Positions 12,530 through 24,549 of a DNA stretch of 64,000 bases are shown in pieces (the stretch's first letter is position 1; each line of letters starts with the position of its first letter). The notes under the pieces are model-generated. The model was given only the letters and a program-made list of their open reading frames with translations, was not told where the DNA came from and did no database searches. The translations under genes were made by a program, and so were the position numbers. This DNA is from Blasia pusilla (taxonomy: Eukaryota), in the NCBI GenBank assembly GCA_050084515.1, contig CM114271.1, positions 30,194,001-30,258,000 of the forward strand, in the 5' to 3' direction.

Positions 12530-14690
12530 TAGGATGACTTAACAAGATTAAAACTTTAGTGTTATTGAAAGAAGAAAAATTTATGAAAGAAAACCATATA
12601 ACACAAACCTTTCATGGCCATAAATGGTATTGCATTGACGCCGAATCATAAACTAGATGATTTATCAAAAAGAAAAAAGAATCCCGAATTCGAACTCGCG
12701 CCTAGAGGATTGCAAAAGCAAGCCATGTCACCGAACCAAATCAAATTTCATGTTTGTATTTGCGACATATCGACTTTTGACTTTCCACTTTGGGACGTGG
12801 CCGTTGATTCCCTACAATAGGTCAAGAACCAAGGAGATGACCTACAAGCATAGATTACCATGGAGAGGGCTTAGGAGAGGAAATGGTGTATACCCAAGGA
12901 GAGAGAGCTTTGGAGCTCATTCTCTCCTTGTTGAATCTCTTGGCATAAAGTGGCGGAGCTATGCTTCTCCTAAGGGGATCAACGCCGGATTTTTTTTTTC
13001 AATAAGAGGAATCTGGTCCTACTGACTTGACCCCGTAGCGTTCTCCATATTTCCGCCTAGAGTCATGACCTACTTTTTATCGACCTGCCATTTCCTTAAC
13101 GTTTCCGACAACCCTAACCTAGCAGCATCTTTGGGCTTGTCATCGCGTCACTGCAGCCGACTACAAAGGAAGTTGGAGTCGCTAATTTTGGCTATTTCGT
13201 TGCTACTACTAGCTAGAATTACTTAGCCATCTAGGACTCTTTTGACCCTATGTCGGAATAACAAGCGTCCAGCTAAGGCACGATGTTCCGCCAGTTGCAT
13301 CCCCTCGTGACCTTGCACTCTCGCCTGTTCGTAACGGACTAACCTATAACCGGGGGACCGGCCCAAGCACTTCTTAGACGTGTGTAAGTTGTTAATGCTG
13401 GCCAACTCATATCATGATGACCTGACAAGCTAGCACCGTCATTGTTCACGATCCTACCTTCTCGCATGGTTTCTAAGTTCGGGTATGCCTTCCTTGCTGT
13501 CAAGGTTGCTATCTACGTTTATTTTCCGTCCATGACCGCCATCCGTCTGGTTAGCCCATTCTACTTCATCCATTAGGTACTATGTTGCAACGCCCGTAAC
13601 TACAATGCGCCGCTGATTATCGCACCGTGTCGCTAGTGGCCATACCACACTATCTTGATCGATGAGAGGGAAAAGTTGCACCAACATTGATCTTCATGAA
13701 TACACAAAGTACAAGATAGTGAATAATAGCCATAAAAACACAAAATCAAACACTAATTTATAGCAAGCTATGAGCGGTGATACCTTCTTCACTCTTTGAC
13801 AAAGTTTTCCGTTTCATTGACATTCTGGATTGTTAATTTGGATATATGGTGCCATCCCCAAATGAGGTCCCAAATCCATCTAAAAGGGTACTCATATGAA
13901 GTCAAAAGGACCCAAACTTGAAGGAATTGCAGAAAAAAAAAGTCAATCATATTTAAAACCACTAGTAGAATAAGTGATACTATATTTCCACATGCGTATG
14001 GATCTGTACAACATACACATTGGAGGGGCAATATGGGAAGAAGGAATTGATTGTATGGCATTAGATGGAACAACTTACGAAGATGAAAATGGTGGATCCC
14101 ACCCTACTAGCTTGGATACCATCTCCATAAGCACACCTACAGTCTTATTCTGTTGCTCCATCTTGGACTTCATAACATCCAAGTCTGCATTCCAATTTTT
14201 TCTCCAATTCCTCCAATTGAGTGGTCACTCTCCTTCCCACACTCTCCACAAAATAACACATGAAATTCAATAGTAAGAGCACAAACCAATAAAAACCTTG
14301 AAACTAAAGATGTGAGTGCTCTCAACTATGCGAAGAAACAATTTCAACAGTCTTACTGGCGAACTCAAATTGGTGAAAGTATGACGTTTAGACTTGGATT
14401 CAAGCTCCACTCCTTCTGTCCCGGTGGTCGTGGAGCTTTTAGGCCCAACATGCTCAACAATAACCACTCATCAATTACTAGTGTTGGTTTTCACACACAA
14501 ACTTACTTTCAAACATTATTAAAATATTGGGAAGGAAGTAGCCTCTAGAAATAATTTAGATACATCAATAGGATGCAAAGGAAATCTTCATTAATTCCAT
14601 CTAGACCTCCATGGCCACAATAATTTAGGGTTTAGACCTTAGACCTTGGCCCTTGCTCGTACCATCTTTTTCAACTTTCGTCTTGCCCTC

Positions 14691-14990
14691 CTAAAAAAGC
14701 CAATAATCTACCAATTGGGCCCATAACTCTTCATTGGTGTCAGGGTGGGGAGGGACTCCATGATGAGCCCCATGAGTTGTCCAATAATTCTCGAAATTGG
14801 AACGCTTTATCTTCAACAATTGGGAAATTTTCCTTCTCAAATAATCAAGAGCCGTGTTCTTTTTACGTTGTAGTAGAGCAAACATACAACTCCAAGTATA
14901 GCATTGGTGGCGAGACATGTAGAGAGATGTAAACTCATTTGTTGCTAGATGCATGGTGTGTGATGAGGCATTGATTGCGGGTCGTACCAT
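14691..14990 (-). pseudogene. CACTA Ptta/En/Spm-type accessory ORF remnant
   Basis: LRRKISQLLKIKRSNF...PPHPDTNEELWAQLVDYW matches the P.....W..LV.YW signature of this family. It lies ~2.7 kb from a CACTA end. Confidence 0.55.
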
Positions 14991-17033
14991 TTTGTAAGAT
15001 CATATTCAAACGGATAGACAAGTGGAATGAGTTTCCTAGACGACGAAGAGGGATTTGAGCAAGTAAGGCTTGTAGAGATGTCTTGTAAAGATTGGGACCT
15101 AGGTTGTCTTGGTTGGCAATGAGATACAAGTTTAGCAAGCAAGCATTCTTAACATCCTTCAACGTGATAATGGGTAGGTGTTGAACCTTTTTGATCCCGA
15201 TGTATGGTTGTGAGCATGTTCCCAATGGATTGATGATATGACTCCCAATGCTCTTACAAATATGAAAAATGCTTGAACACTTTTGGGCTGGTTTGAGAAA
15301 GTCTTGAATGGTAATTTTGAAATGAGAAGCATTCCAAACAAGGCATGGACTGTGTTGTGTATGCAAAGGGCATGGATAGTAGTCATCGCAACCAAGTACA
15401 ATAGGATGAATGGTATAATTACATAATTATGACTAGAACCTCTTCTAAGTTTAGAGATAACTGTTTTAGGGGAACAAGATCTTTTTACAACAACTTCAAT
15501 CTTGCTCAGAAACATGGGATTGCTAAGCTTTAGGATATCGGGTTCACTTTAGGGTAGCCTCCATGTCATGCACTTTAGGGTAGCCTCTTCCCTCCTCTCT
15601 TCCGGACTTGCTACAAGTGAGTGAAGCTCAATGATTGCACATCAACAATAATCTTCTATTGACTCATTTGAGAACTCCCCAATCTCCACTAGTAGTTTAT
15701 TGCATAAAGATTGATGTTTCTATGATATATGTCTATTTCTAGTGAGGTAACATGTTGATCCAATTAACAATCACATAATAATACGCATGTATATTGATTT
15801 GGGCTATATTCGGGGAAGATCAGTTTTGGATCTTCCCAAGGGTGAATGAGGAGAGGAGTTGGCTTCCAATAGCCATGTTTCTCATGTTGAGCCTTTGCAA
15901 CACTTTCTCTTTTAGAGTTTGGTATGAGATAGAGTGATATGATGAGAAGATTCCCTCGTGATGGAGGGTAGATGCAGCTTGACAACCATGTATACTTTCA
16001 AGACCGTAGTTGGTTGCATGCATTAGTTTTACTATAAATTTTGTGTGTTGTCTTGGTATACATCTATGAGTGTATTGTTGTTTATATACAAATCGTCTTA
16101 TAGTATTGAAAATATTGATGGTGTTGGTTGTGTGAATTTGAAGAATATTTTAGATTGTGCAATGATGTGTATGCACACAATTAAACGTCTCCTCGATTTG
16201 AAAAGTGCATATTTGCAAAGTATTCAAGGAAGATGAGAGAGTGGATGATATCTATGCTAGACCAAATAAGTACCTGAATACTTATTCAAGAATAGCAAGT
16301 GATTGTAAGATAGGTCACGATGTGACATGAGGAGATATACTTATGCCTTGTAAAAAGCCTAGATGTCGCTATGAATGATTTATTTGCTACCATAATTGAA
16401 GTGTGATATGCTTCAGGTATGATTGAATTCAAATATACTTTAAATAAGTTCTCGTATGATTGAATTGAAATATACTTTAAATAGGTTCTCGCTGTAAATT
16501 GTATGCTTATTATTATCAGCAATACCCCTTTCAACAACAAACTCATCATGGTTTGACACTTGTCTATGGTGGCCTCTTGATCCAACTCAAGTTGCTTACT
16601 TACATCATATAAGTGTATCCATCAATGCATGGGCATCTTACTCGTAATTCTAGAATGTCAATTGGGATTAACAATGAAAAGTCCATGGAATGCAAGTCCT
16701 TTATGAGAACACACATTTTCCTTTCCAACATACTCGTTCATATTTTGGAAGATACTTTCTAAAATAATCATAAGGTAATATCGAAACGTCTTCTCAAAGA
16801 AACTAAGGGTCGAAATATTGAAAGTTGTGAAAGTAAAATAGCGGGCATAAATATCTGAGCGAAGAACTAAGTGTTTTTTGGAAAAATCTCGAAAAGACAA
16901 AAAAATTAAATAGAATGACTGTTATTAATATTATCGGCGAGGTTATGTTAATAGAGGTCTATGTGGCAGACATGTACGCTGGTCTATGCGCACGTCAGCC
17001 CTAGGGCGGGGATATGGGTGAAGGAGCGAGAGG

Positions 17034-17042
17034 AAACCCTAA
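17034..17042 (+). promoter_or_regulatory. Telo-box (AAACCCTAA) upstream of RACK1
   Basis: Exact telo-box ~190 bp upstream of the ATG, with a pyrimidine tract CTTCCTCTTTT at ~17121. Telo-boxes are typical of plant translation-machinery promoters. Confidence 0.65.
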
Positions 17043-17224
17043 TTACGGAGACGAAGGAAACGACTGGAGCCGCCGGGTGAGGGAAGCCCTTTGCACCATA
17101 GCCCGATCGGACGTCTGATCCTTCCTCTTTTGCGGCATTACCTCTTGCTCTCGCAGCTGCGCTTGGAGACAGGCAGGCAAGAAATTGGCCAACGACGTAG
17201 GAGCTTGGTTTTGAGGACGCAAGG

Positions 17225-18812
17225 ATGGCCGAGACTCTGGTGCTGCGCGGTACCTTGAAAGGTCACAGCAATTGGGTGACAGCAATTGCATGTCCCCTTG
17301 ATAATCCGGACTTGATCTTGTCTGCGTCCAGGGACAAGAGTATTATCGTCTGGTCGCTTACCAGGGATGAGAGCAATTACGGATATGCGAGGAGAAGGTT
17401 GACGGGGCATGCCCACTTTGTACAGGATGTGGTGATCTCCTCCGATGGCCAGTTTGCTCTATCGGGTTCCTGGGACGGAACCCTCCGCTTGTGGGATTTG
17501 AACTCCGGAACGACGACCAGGAGGTTCGTCGGACACACTAAGGATGTTTTGTCGGTCGCATTTTCAGTTGATAACAGGCAGATCGTATCTGGATCCCGGG
17601 ATAAGACGATCAAGTTGTGGAACACCCTCGGCGAATGTAAGTACACAATCCAGGACTCCGATGCGCACAACGGGTGGGTGAGTTGCGTGCGATTCTCCCC
17701 CGTTACTGCCAACCCTCTGATTGTTTCTGGCGGATGGGACAAGGTGGTGAAAGTATGGAACTTGACCAACTGTAAGATCAGAACCAGTCTGGTTGGCCAC
17801 ACCGGTTACATCAACACCGTGACTGTCAGTCCCGATGGTTCTCTCTGCGCGAGTGGGGGCAAGGACGGCGTTGCTATGTTGTGGGATCTTGCTGAAGGGA
17901 AGAGGCTCTACTCTTTGGATGCGGGTGATATCATCCACGCACTCTGCTTCAGCCCCAACAGGTACGTGAAGTCAGAGTCGCTCTAGAAGTCAAGGCTTCG
18001 TAGGTGTCCACTTTACGTCTGCTACGACTTACATTGTCAAGGTACTCTGGTGTTGTTTAAAAGGACCCGTTTTCTCCTCGAATTGATGATTCTTGTGTCA
18101 ACCTTGTTGAAGTCGAATCGTAAGCTTTTTCCTTTTACTAGCGGAATTTATGCTTTGGTACTGCTGTGTCCAGCTGTTACGCTGATGCAACGCAGACAAC
18201 CGTATGATATGGACCTGAGAACATGAGTTCAGCACTAATCCTCACCTCTTCAATTCTTGGCTCCCTGTGTTTAGTCAACTGATTTGCGAGATGTGAGGAA
18301 TTAGAGTATTACGTCGCCTTGCCTCACACATTCGGGTACCTCTGTAGGTACTGGCTCTGTGCTGCCACCCAACAATGCATCAAGATCTGGGATCTGGAAA
18401 GCAAGAGCATCGTCGACGAGCTCCGACCCGAGTTCCCACCCGCCAGCAAGAAGGCCCAGGTATAAACTGTCAAAACCTTTTACCTGTATTGCACATTATT
18501 CCCACCGAAAGATACCTATAATCGTGTACGTGGGTTCTCATCAATTGCTATGCCTGACTTTGGAGAGTAAGGTTGGCATGCTTGGAAGACGATATTCTCT
18601 GGCGAGAGTAGTCATTTCCCTCCCCCATGTTACTTTACAGCCAGGATCAGAAATATTTAATGTTCTTTTGTCAAACTTCACGAACTCACTTATATGTTGT
18701 GTGTGTGTAGGTTCCATACTGCATTAGTTTGAACTGGAGCGCTGATGGTAGCACCTTATACAGTGGCTACACTGACGGACACATCCGCGTGTGGGGAGTT
18801 GGCCGAGCGTAA
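17225..18812 (+). CDS. RACK1: Receptor for activated C kinase 1 (WD40, 40S-ribosome-associated), 316 aa; exons 17225-17961, 18348-18459, 18711-18812
   Basis: [85 protein letters not shown] introns with consistent phases give 951 nt. Confidence 0.98.
18077..18290 (+). ncRNA. Candidate intronic box C/D snoRNA in RACK1 intron 1
   Basis: TGATGA at 18084-18089, CTGA at 18279-18282, and short terminal CTCG/CGAG pairing. The 17 nt before the D box (18262-18278) are complementary to conserved 18S sequence UUGACUCAACACGGGGA (recalled from memory) with one mismatch and one G-U. Confidence 0.35.
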
Positions 18813-20707
18813 GAGCTGTTGCCGTTGTTTAACCTAGTCTCAATACTTATTGGCCTTTCAGGGCAAGAAATGGAGCACTGTAGATTCATGTGGGTCCTAA
18901 TTGTCTCATGTGGGCCTATCAGTTCTTTTGAGGAATTCTTTTCAGGGGGGACGAATCTTACAAACGCCGTCCATAGGCTTTTTTTTCTCTGAGTGCCCAT
19001 CCGAGTTGCGGCTGTTGAACGTATGAAAGGAGGCTTCACTGATTTCTCGAGTATCGATTCACTACTGCTTGGTGGGAAATGTACTTTTTACTGTCGTTTC
19101 GAGTTTTGTTGCCCACTCAGAAGATGCTCACAAGCTGCGTAAAGTCTCGTACGGAAGTGATTATAAATGAAATTTTAACCACCTGGGTATGTGGTACAAT
19201 CCAACAGAGCCATGCAGCTCACTTCCTGGATTTGATGCTTCCTTTTCCTCTTCCTCATGTTTTGATATTCAATTGGAACGATCCCATTCTCTGAGACTCT
19301 CAAAACGATCTACATCGCCCAAATGGTACCGAGTAGAATGTATCATTGCTACCTTCGACGACCACAGTTAGGAACTTAACCGAAGAGTGAAATCGCTTTA
19401 ATATAATTCGTATGCCCCATTGCTTGACCTTCTCAACACACCATCTCCACCAGTATTTCATCATGAAATCAATTGGGGTGTAGGTTTTGGTGAAAAAGTT
19501 CAATATGGAATCTCAAAAGTTCAATGTCTTCATGTGCTCCTACAACGATTGTCCCAGATGTACTTTCTGATCCTTATATAGTTTAATCCGATCCGCTAGG
19601 CCCATTTTGGAAGTATGATTTGCGTAACCGATGGCATGTCCTTCTGTTCAAGCCACTAAAAGAGATATCTTGGGAACTATTATATAACAAGTGACATAGT
19701 CTCTCGCCTGGGTTGTCCTCGATTAACTCGTGAAATCACCGAAATCTTGTCGATCATAGTGATGCGTCTTTGAATGTTGATGTTACTGTCACCTGTCTTG
19801 CATCCTTGTACCGTACCGATATGCGCGAACAGTGGGAAGAATTATACTGCCGATATCCCTTCCACTTGAGAAGGCGGAGATGGAGTCAGCTGGAGTCTCA
19901 TGAGCAAGATGTGGGCGTGACCAGATTATCGATATCTTGTAGATACATGGCGTGAATAGCATCAAACTCGACTCTTTTCAGCAAGTTAGAAGGGCGAAAT
20001 TATGCAGGTGTCGGCAAGAGGGACTAGCAAACTGCCATGCGGTCAGGCGAGGGAAGAGTGGCGGGTGGATGTAAATAACCCCGAGAATCTTCCCGTCTGA
20101 AAATAGAGCGGTCAATTTTAAAACGTCGCGAAGTGTAGAGATAGTTTTGGGGCTTTGCAAACTTGCAACACCTGCAGGATGGAATTGACCGATAGTCTAC
20201 CCTTATCGTGGGTTTGGAAAACGACCGCAACTGCCGTAGCTCTTATCAAAGCGACTACCGCGTTTGATACGGGGATCTTACACTACTGATTGTACACACT
20301 AACGCAATCACCTTGGAGACGGTATACCGCCTGGGGCTTCGCCGCCCTTGTCCAGGAGCCATGTCAAGCAGAGAAGCGCCGCTTTCATCCAAAGATCTCT
20401 TTCCGTGCCTTCTTAAATGATAAGAACGACAGGCCAGACGAAGGAGTCAGTGCTCGGCTTCTTCGGCGAGGAGACGTCGCCAAGTGGATTTGGCAGCCGG
20501 AGACCTGACAAGTTCACAACAAACCCCTGGCGAAGCACATCCATGAGTGGCCACTGTGAGCCCAGTGCGTTGAAGGAAGAGCAAACATCACGCGACTACT
20601 CGTAGAGTTGTGGTGGGGCGTTGAAGGAGTGGCAGAGATCAAGCGGCGAGGCGAGTCGGAGAGTGGTAACCCGGTTGAGGAGACGACGAGCTCACGGGCG
20701 AAGGGAA

Positions 20708-23700
20708 ATGGTTAGACTCGCGATGTTTGATGCTCACTGTCATCTACAAGACCCTCGAATCGCTCATTGTGTTCCCCAGCTAATTAAACAGGCATCGGAA
20801 GCGGGGGTTCGATGGTTTGCTGTCAATGGCACTTCTGAGGTATACCCATGAGATCTCCGAGTGCAAAACTTCATCTATAACCTGATCACGAAAATCGTTC
20901 ATGATCTTGAAGGTTTAGGTGTGAACTCCTGGTCGGTACCGATTTCTGTGCTCCATATAATGGCATGCGTATAGAGTTCATGCCGACAATGGCTAAATGT
21001 ACAAATTGAGCTCATTTGAGAAGAACGACATAATCAGAGGATGGACTGCCTTGCTGGAAGCTGCCCGTATCAGTCTCCTGACCAGCCACGTACAGCAAGG
21101 CCATAAATGGCCTTTTCGTTGTTAATAGTTGTGAGTGGCCTCACACTGTCCCCTGCGAATTTCCAGGAGGATTGGGGACTCGTGAAGAAAATGGGAGAGA
21201 CCTACGAAACCGTCATTCCCAATTTCGGACTTCATCCTTGGTTAGTATATCATTCTCCACTGCGAAACTCAATTTCGACAGACCTTTGCCTTTCTAGGAA
21301 TTGCATCCTCTCGTTGTGCTGCTAACTTTTGCTACAATTTACTCTGTATACCCTGCGCACTGAGCAATTCTCATTTCTTTCAATTTGGCGAGGCTTGCTT
21401 GGGTTTTTGCACTCGCCAGAATCCCTGGTTGATGGAGGAGATGTCTAGACACCTCAATGTCATTCACGATAGTCGTCTTTTCTAGTACCTCTTTTGGAAT
21501 CGTTTCTTTCGAATGGCTAGTCACTTTTCATAATCATCTCTCAAATTCAACATGGGCTAGGTGGATCCCGAAGAGGTCAGACAATTGGTTGCCAATTCTG
21601 CGGGAGATGCTTGAATCAGAGCCAACTGCTGCCGTGGGAGAGGTATGAAATCGATCCCCTACTTTATGAAAGCCTCTGGAATGAGTTGTGCAGGTGCTCC
21701 GAGGTCAATTACTCTACACCCACCCCTACGAAAGTCAGGTTTCCTACACTGAGCTTTGTTGAACTTTACATGGTGAGAAAATCGTGTAGTTTGACCGTTT
21801 GACATCTCTTTATCGATTGTATCCGTGAGTTTCGTCGGTCCAAGTCCTACCTTGGTCTGTTGTGCACAGATTGGTCTGGATCTGGGAGCGCGCGGGAAGA
21901 CGATTGATGAAGCTGTACAAATCGATATATTGCGGGAGCAACTGACATTGGCTCGTGAGCTACAAAGGCCCGCTTCGGTCCACTGCGTGCGTGCCCATGG
22001 CCCCCTTCAGGATCTCCTCTTGTATGGACACGATCTCTTCTCTCAGTAATCACTACATGATTTGGATTTCAGTTTTACCGATCTGCATGGAGTGAAGTAA
22101 CTCAAACATGATAGTGTGTGGCAAAGGTAAAAAAATTCCGAGCTGATTTCGCTTGATGAAATCTGAATCTCTTGTGGCTTCGGCCGGTCAACCCGCTGGC
22201 AGTATTATTGCTATGACATTCTTCTGACTATTCTGCACCAGCAGTTTCATGCGAGTGCATGGAGGGTGATTGCTAATAGTCCGTCGGTAACTCGGATGAC
22301 TGGAAATGTCACCAGATAACGTTTCAGATCTCCTTCTGTTTGAATCGGTCGACTTTTATGAGAGTGTATTCCAATGCTGCATGTCTGTCGGTGACTCGGA
22401 TGACTACGATTTCTGTACATGTTATTATTGGACGGCCTTTCAGGATCTCTTGTTTTTTCTTTTTCGTCGCTCTTCAGGAGCATGGGCACATTCCCAGCTG
22501 GTATTATCATGCATTCATTTACGGGCCCAGCAGCATCAGTGCGAGGTCTGCTGGAGCATGGAGCGTACTTCTCCTTTTCAGGCTTCCTGACTCCTTTGAA
22601 AGACTCCAAGGCCAAGGCGGTGCTCCAGCAGGTACAAGCTCCCCTCAGAAACTCCGTCTTTCTTAGTTCCTTCCTGACCTGACCCATTCTGGCCTTCATT
22701 TTGAGTTCCCCCTCGTTGCTTTCTGACGGGCTTTTCCTCATTCATAGATTTTTTTCTGCATTTTACTAGAGTGATCCGTGGTTGTTGTAATGGGCCAAAG
22801 ATTGGATTGTGTTGCGAAGCTGCTGCATGTCTCGCCAACCAGGAAAGCAACCACAAAGGCATCAGAGCAAAGATTGCCTACACGACCGACCGCACACTCC
22901 ATAAATTCCCCCTAAGGGCTGCCCTTCGGAGACTGGCTTGTGTTGATGGGTAATTTGTCTTCGGATGACCGGGAGATGATTGACTTTTGACACTGTTCCA
23001 GGTGCCACTAGACAGAATCTTGATCGAGACCGATGCTCCTTACGCACTTCCTCGTGAGGATTTGGGTCCCTTTCTATGGGTCCCAGAAGACGCTGGTGCT
23101 GCCTCACAAGGTGATTCCCAAGGGGCTGACGATGAACCATGCTGCTCAAGTAAGGATGACAATGGCACAGGCAAAAGGCAGGAACAATGTGCCAAGGGTG
23201 CCCTGAATCATCCAGCTAACATCAAGGCTGTAAGTTTCTCTCTTCAATGCCCAGGTGGAGAATATGGATGTCAATCTCCAAGAAGCAGCGAGCCCTACTT
23301 ATCGCATGGATGACTCATGTTCAAAAGAGAACCTTGTGTGAGTTTTAATAATGCTCTAAAAGTATCTTCCGAGTGATTCGAATTTGCTCCTGGGTGACCT
23401 TCGATGAAACATTGACATTCTTATGTGGGAACCCTAGAAAATGTGATGGGAAACCCAACAGATGCCTGTTAGATGGGATGTCACTAGCACTCTCGGAAGA
23501 GGCCTTCGATAGATCTACGTATTCGCTTTTCGATGCCGGTCAGATGGGATGTCATTAACCCGCCCGGAAAAGAGGTCCCATAGGTCTACATGCTTTCCTT
23601 TTGAAGAAACGAGTTCCAACTCTGTCTCTTTTGATGCTCCGAGTACTAACTGAAGACTCTGTACCCAATCTTCCACACATGACAATGGTGGATTGATTAT

Positions 23701-23914
23701 CGGTTCTTTTCACACAATGCTGTCATAGTGGAACCTGCGAAAGCTTGCTTTGGCTATAGAGGAACGGCTCGTCTGATAACGAGAACGCACGGGCTTGCAG
23801 GTCTTGTCTTTTGTCTCTTCCGCCATGGGGATTTCAGAGGACGAACTCTCAGCTCGAGCGCTCGAAAATGCAACGCGCCTCTTCACTTTTGCTGGCTCCA
23901 AGCTGGTCTCTTGA
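20708..23914 (+). CDS. TatD-family metal-dependent DNase, 311 aa; exons 20708-20839, 21167-21240, 21561-21642, 21870-22021, 22478-22631, 23002-23229, 23801-23914
   Basis: FDAHCHLQD, FGLHPW, AVGE|IGLD, SVHCVRA, MHSF, ILIETDAP, NHPANI and ENATRLF motifs. GT-AG introns with consistent phases give 936 nt. Confidence 0.95.
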
Positions 23915-24549
23915 ACACTCCAACCTTGTCGGCTGACTGGCTGGCTGATTGACTGCACCTGGACGGAGTCCTTGGGACCACACTCATGTCCAGCGGGGCC
24001 AGTGAAGGCACTGGACGGATTGGCCACGGCGATCTTGCCAAAAGATGGGTTCGCGATCACTCACATACAGTGAGGGGGTGGCAGTTTTGATCCATCCCCA
24101 GATACAATCAAACGGGTTTTTGTTTGTAGAGATATCGTGCGGAGTCGACGAGGTCTCGAGAGAAGAGAGGAGAGGCTCAAGTGTTTTGCGAGATGGGTAG
24201 GAACCTGGAGGCAGTGAGGGCTGCTGAAGCTGATTACGACACGGAGCCGGATTGGATTATTAGCCGAGCCATCTGAAGAATTGAGTTACCTCTCTAGTGC
24301 CACCTCCACGCAAATGGTTCCTGCCAATCGTGATAGATTGTAGTGGGTCGTTCTCTTCGGAACAGTTGGGCGACCTTCTCAGGTTTCATTTCAATGCGTT
24401 CTAAAATTTCATAGTGTGACTCACAAGGAATGAAAGAAAGAAGATGAGTTAATTAATCCTTAGTTTTTCACTTCCTCTGCCTGTGATCATTAGTCGATCC
24501 AAACTCCATAATGCTGATTTCTCGTAACTTGAACTCCATGTGTTCAAGC

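Noticed and set aside
15737-15744. TTCTAGTG as the partner TIR of the CACTA end at 11961
   Set aside because: Only an 8-nt match, and the flanking 3-mers (CAA vs AGG) are not a target-site duplication.
17377-17938. Antisense ORFs of 141 and 124 aa over RACK1 exon 1 (and similar ones over TatD, Kelch and MCM5 exons)
   Set aside because: Shadow ORFs from codon bias of the real gene, with no recognisable motifs.
17962-18347. U24 snoRNA, as in the yeast RACK1 (ASC1) intron
   Set aside because: The U24 antisense elements I recall (ATATTTGCTA, CACCAAGATC) are absent.
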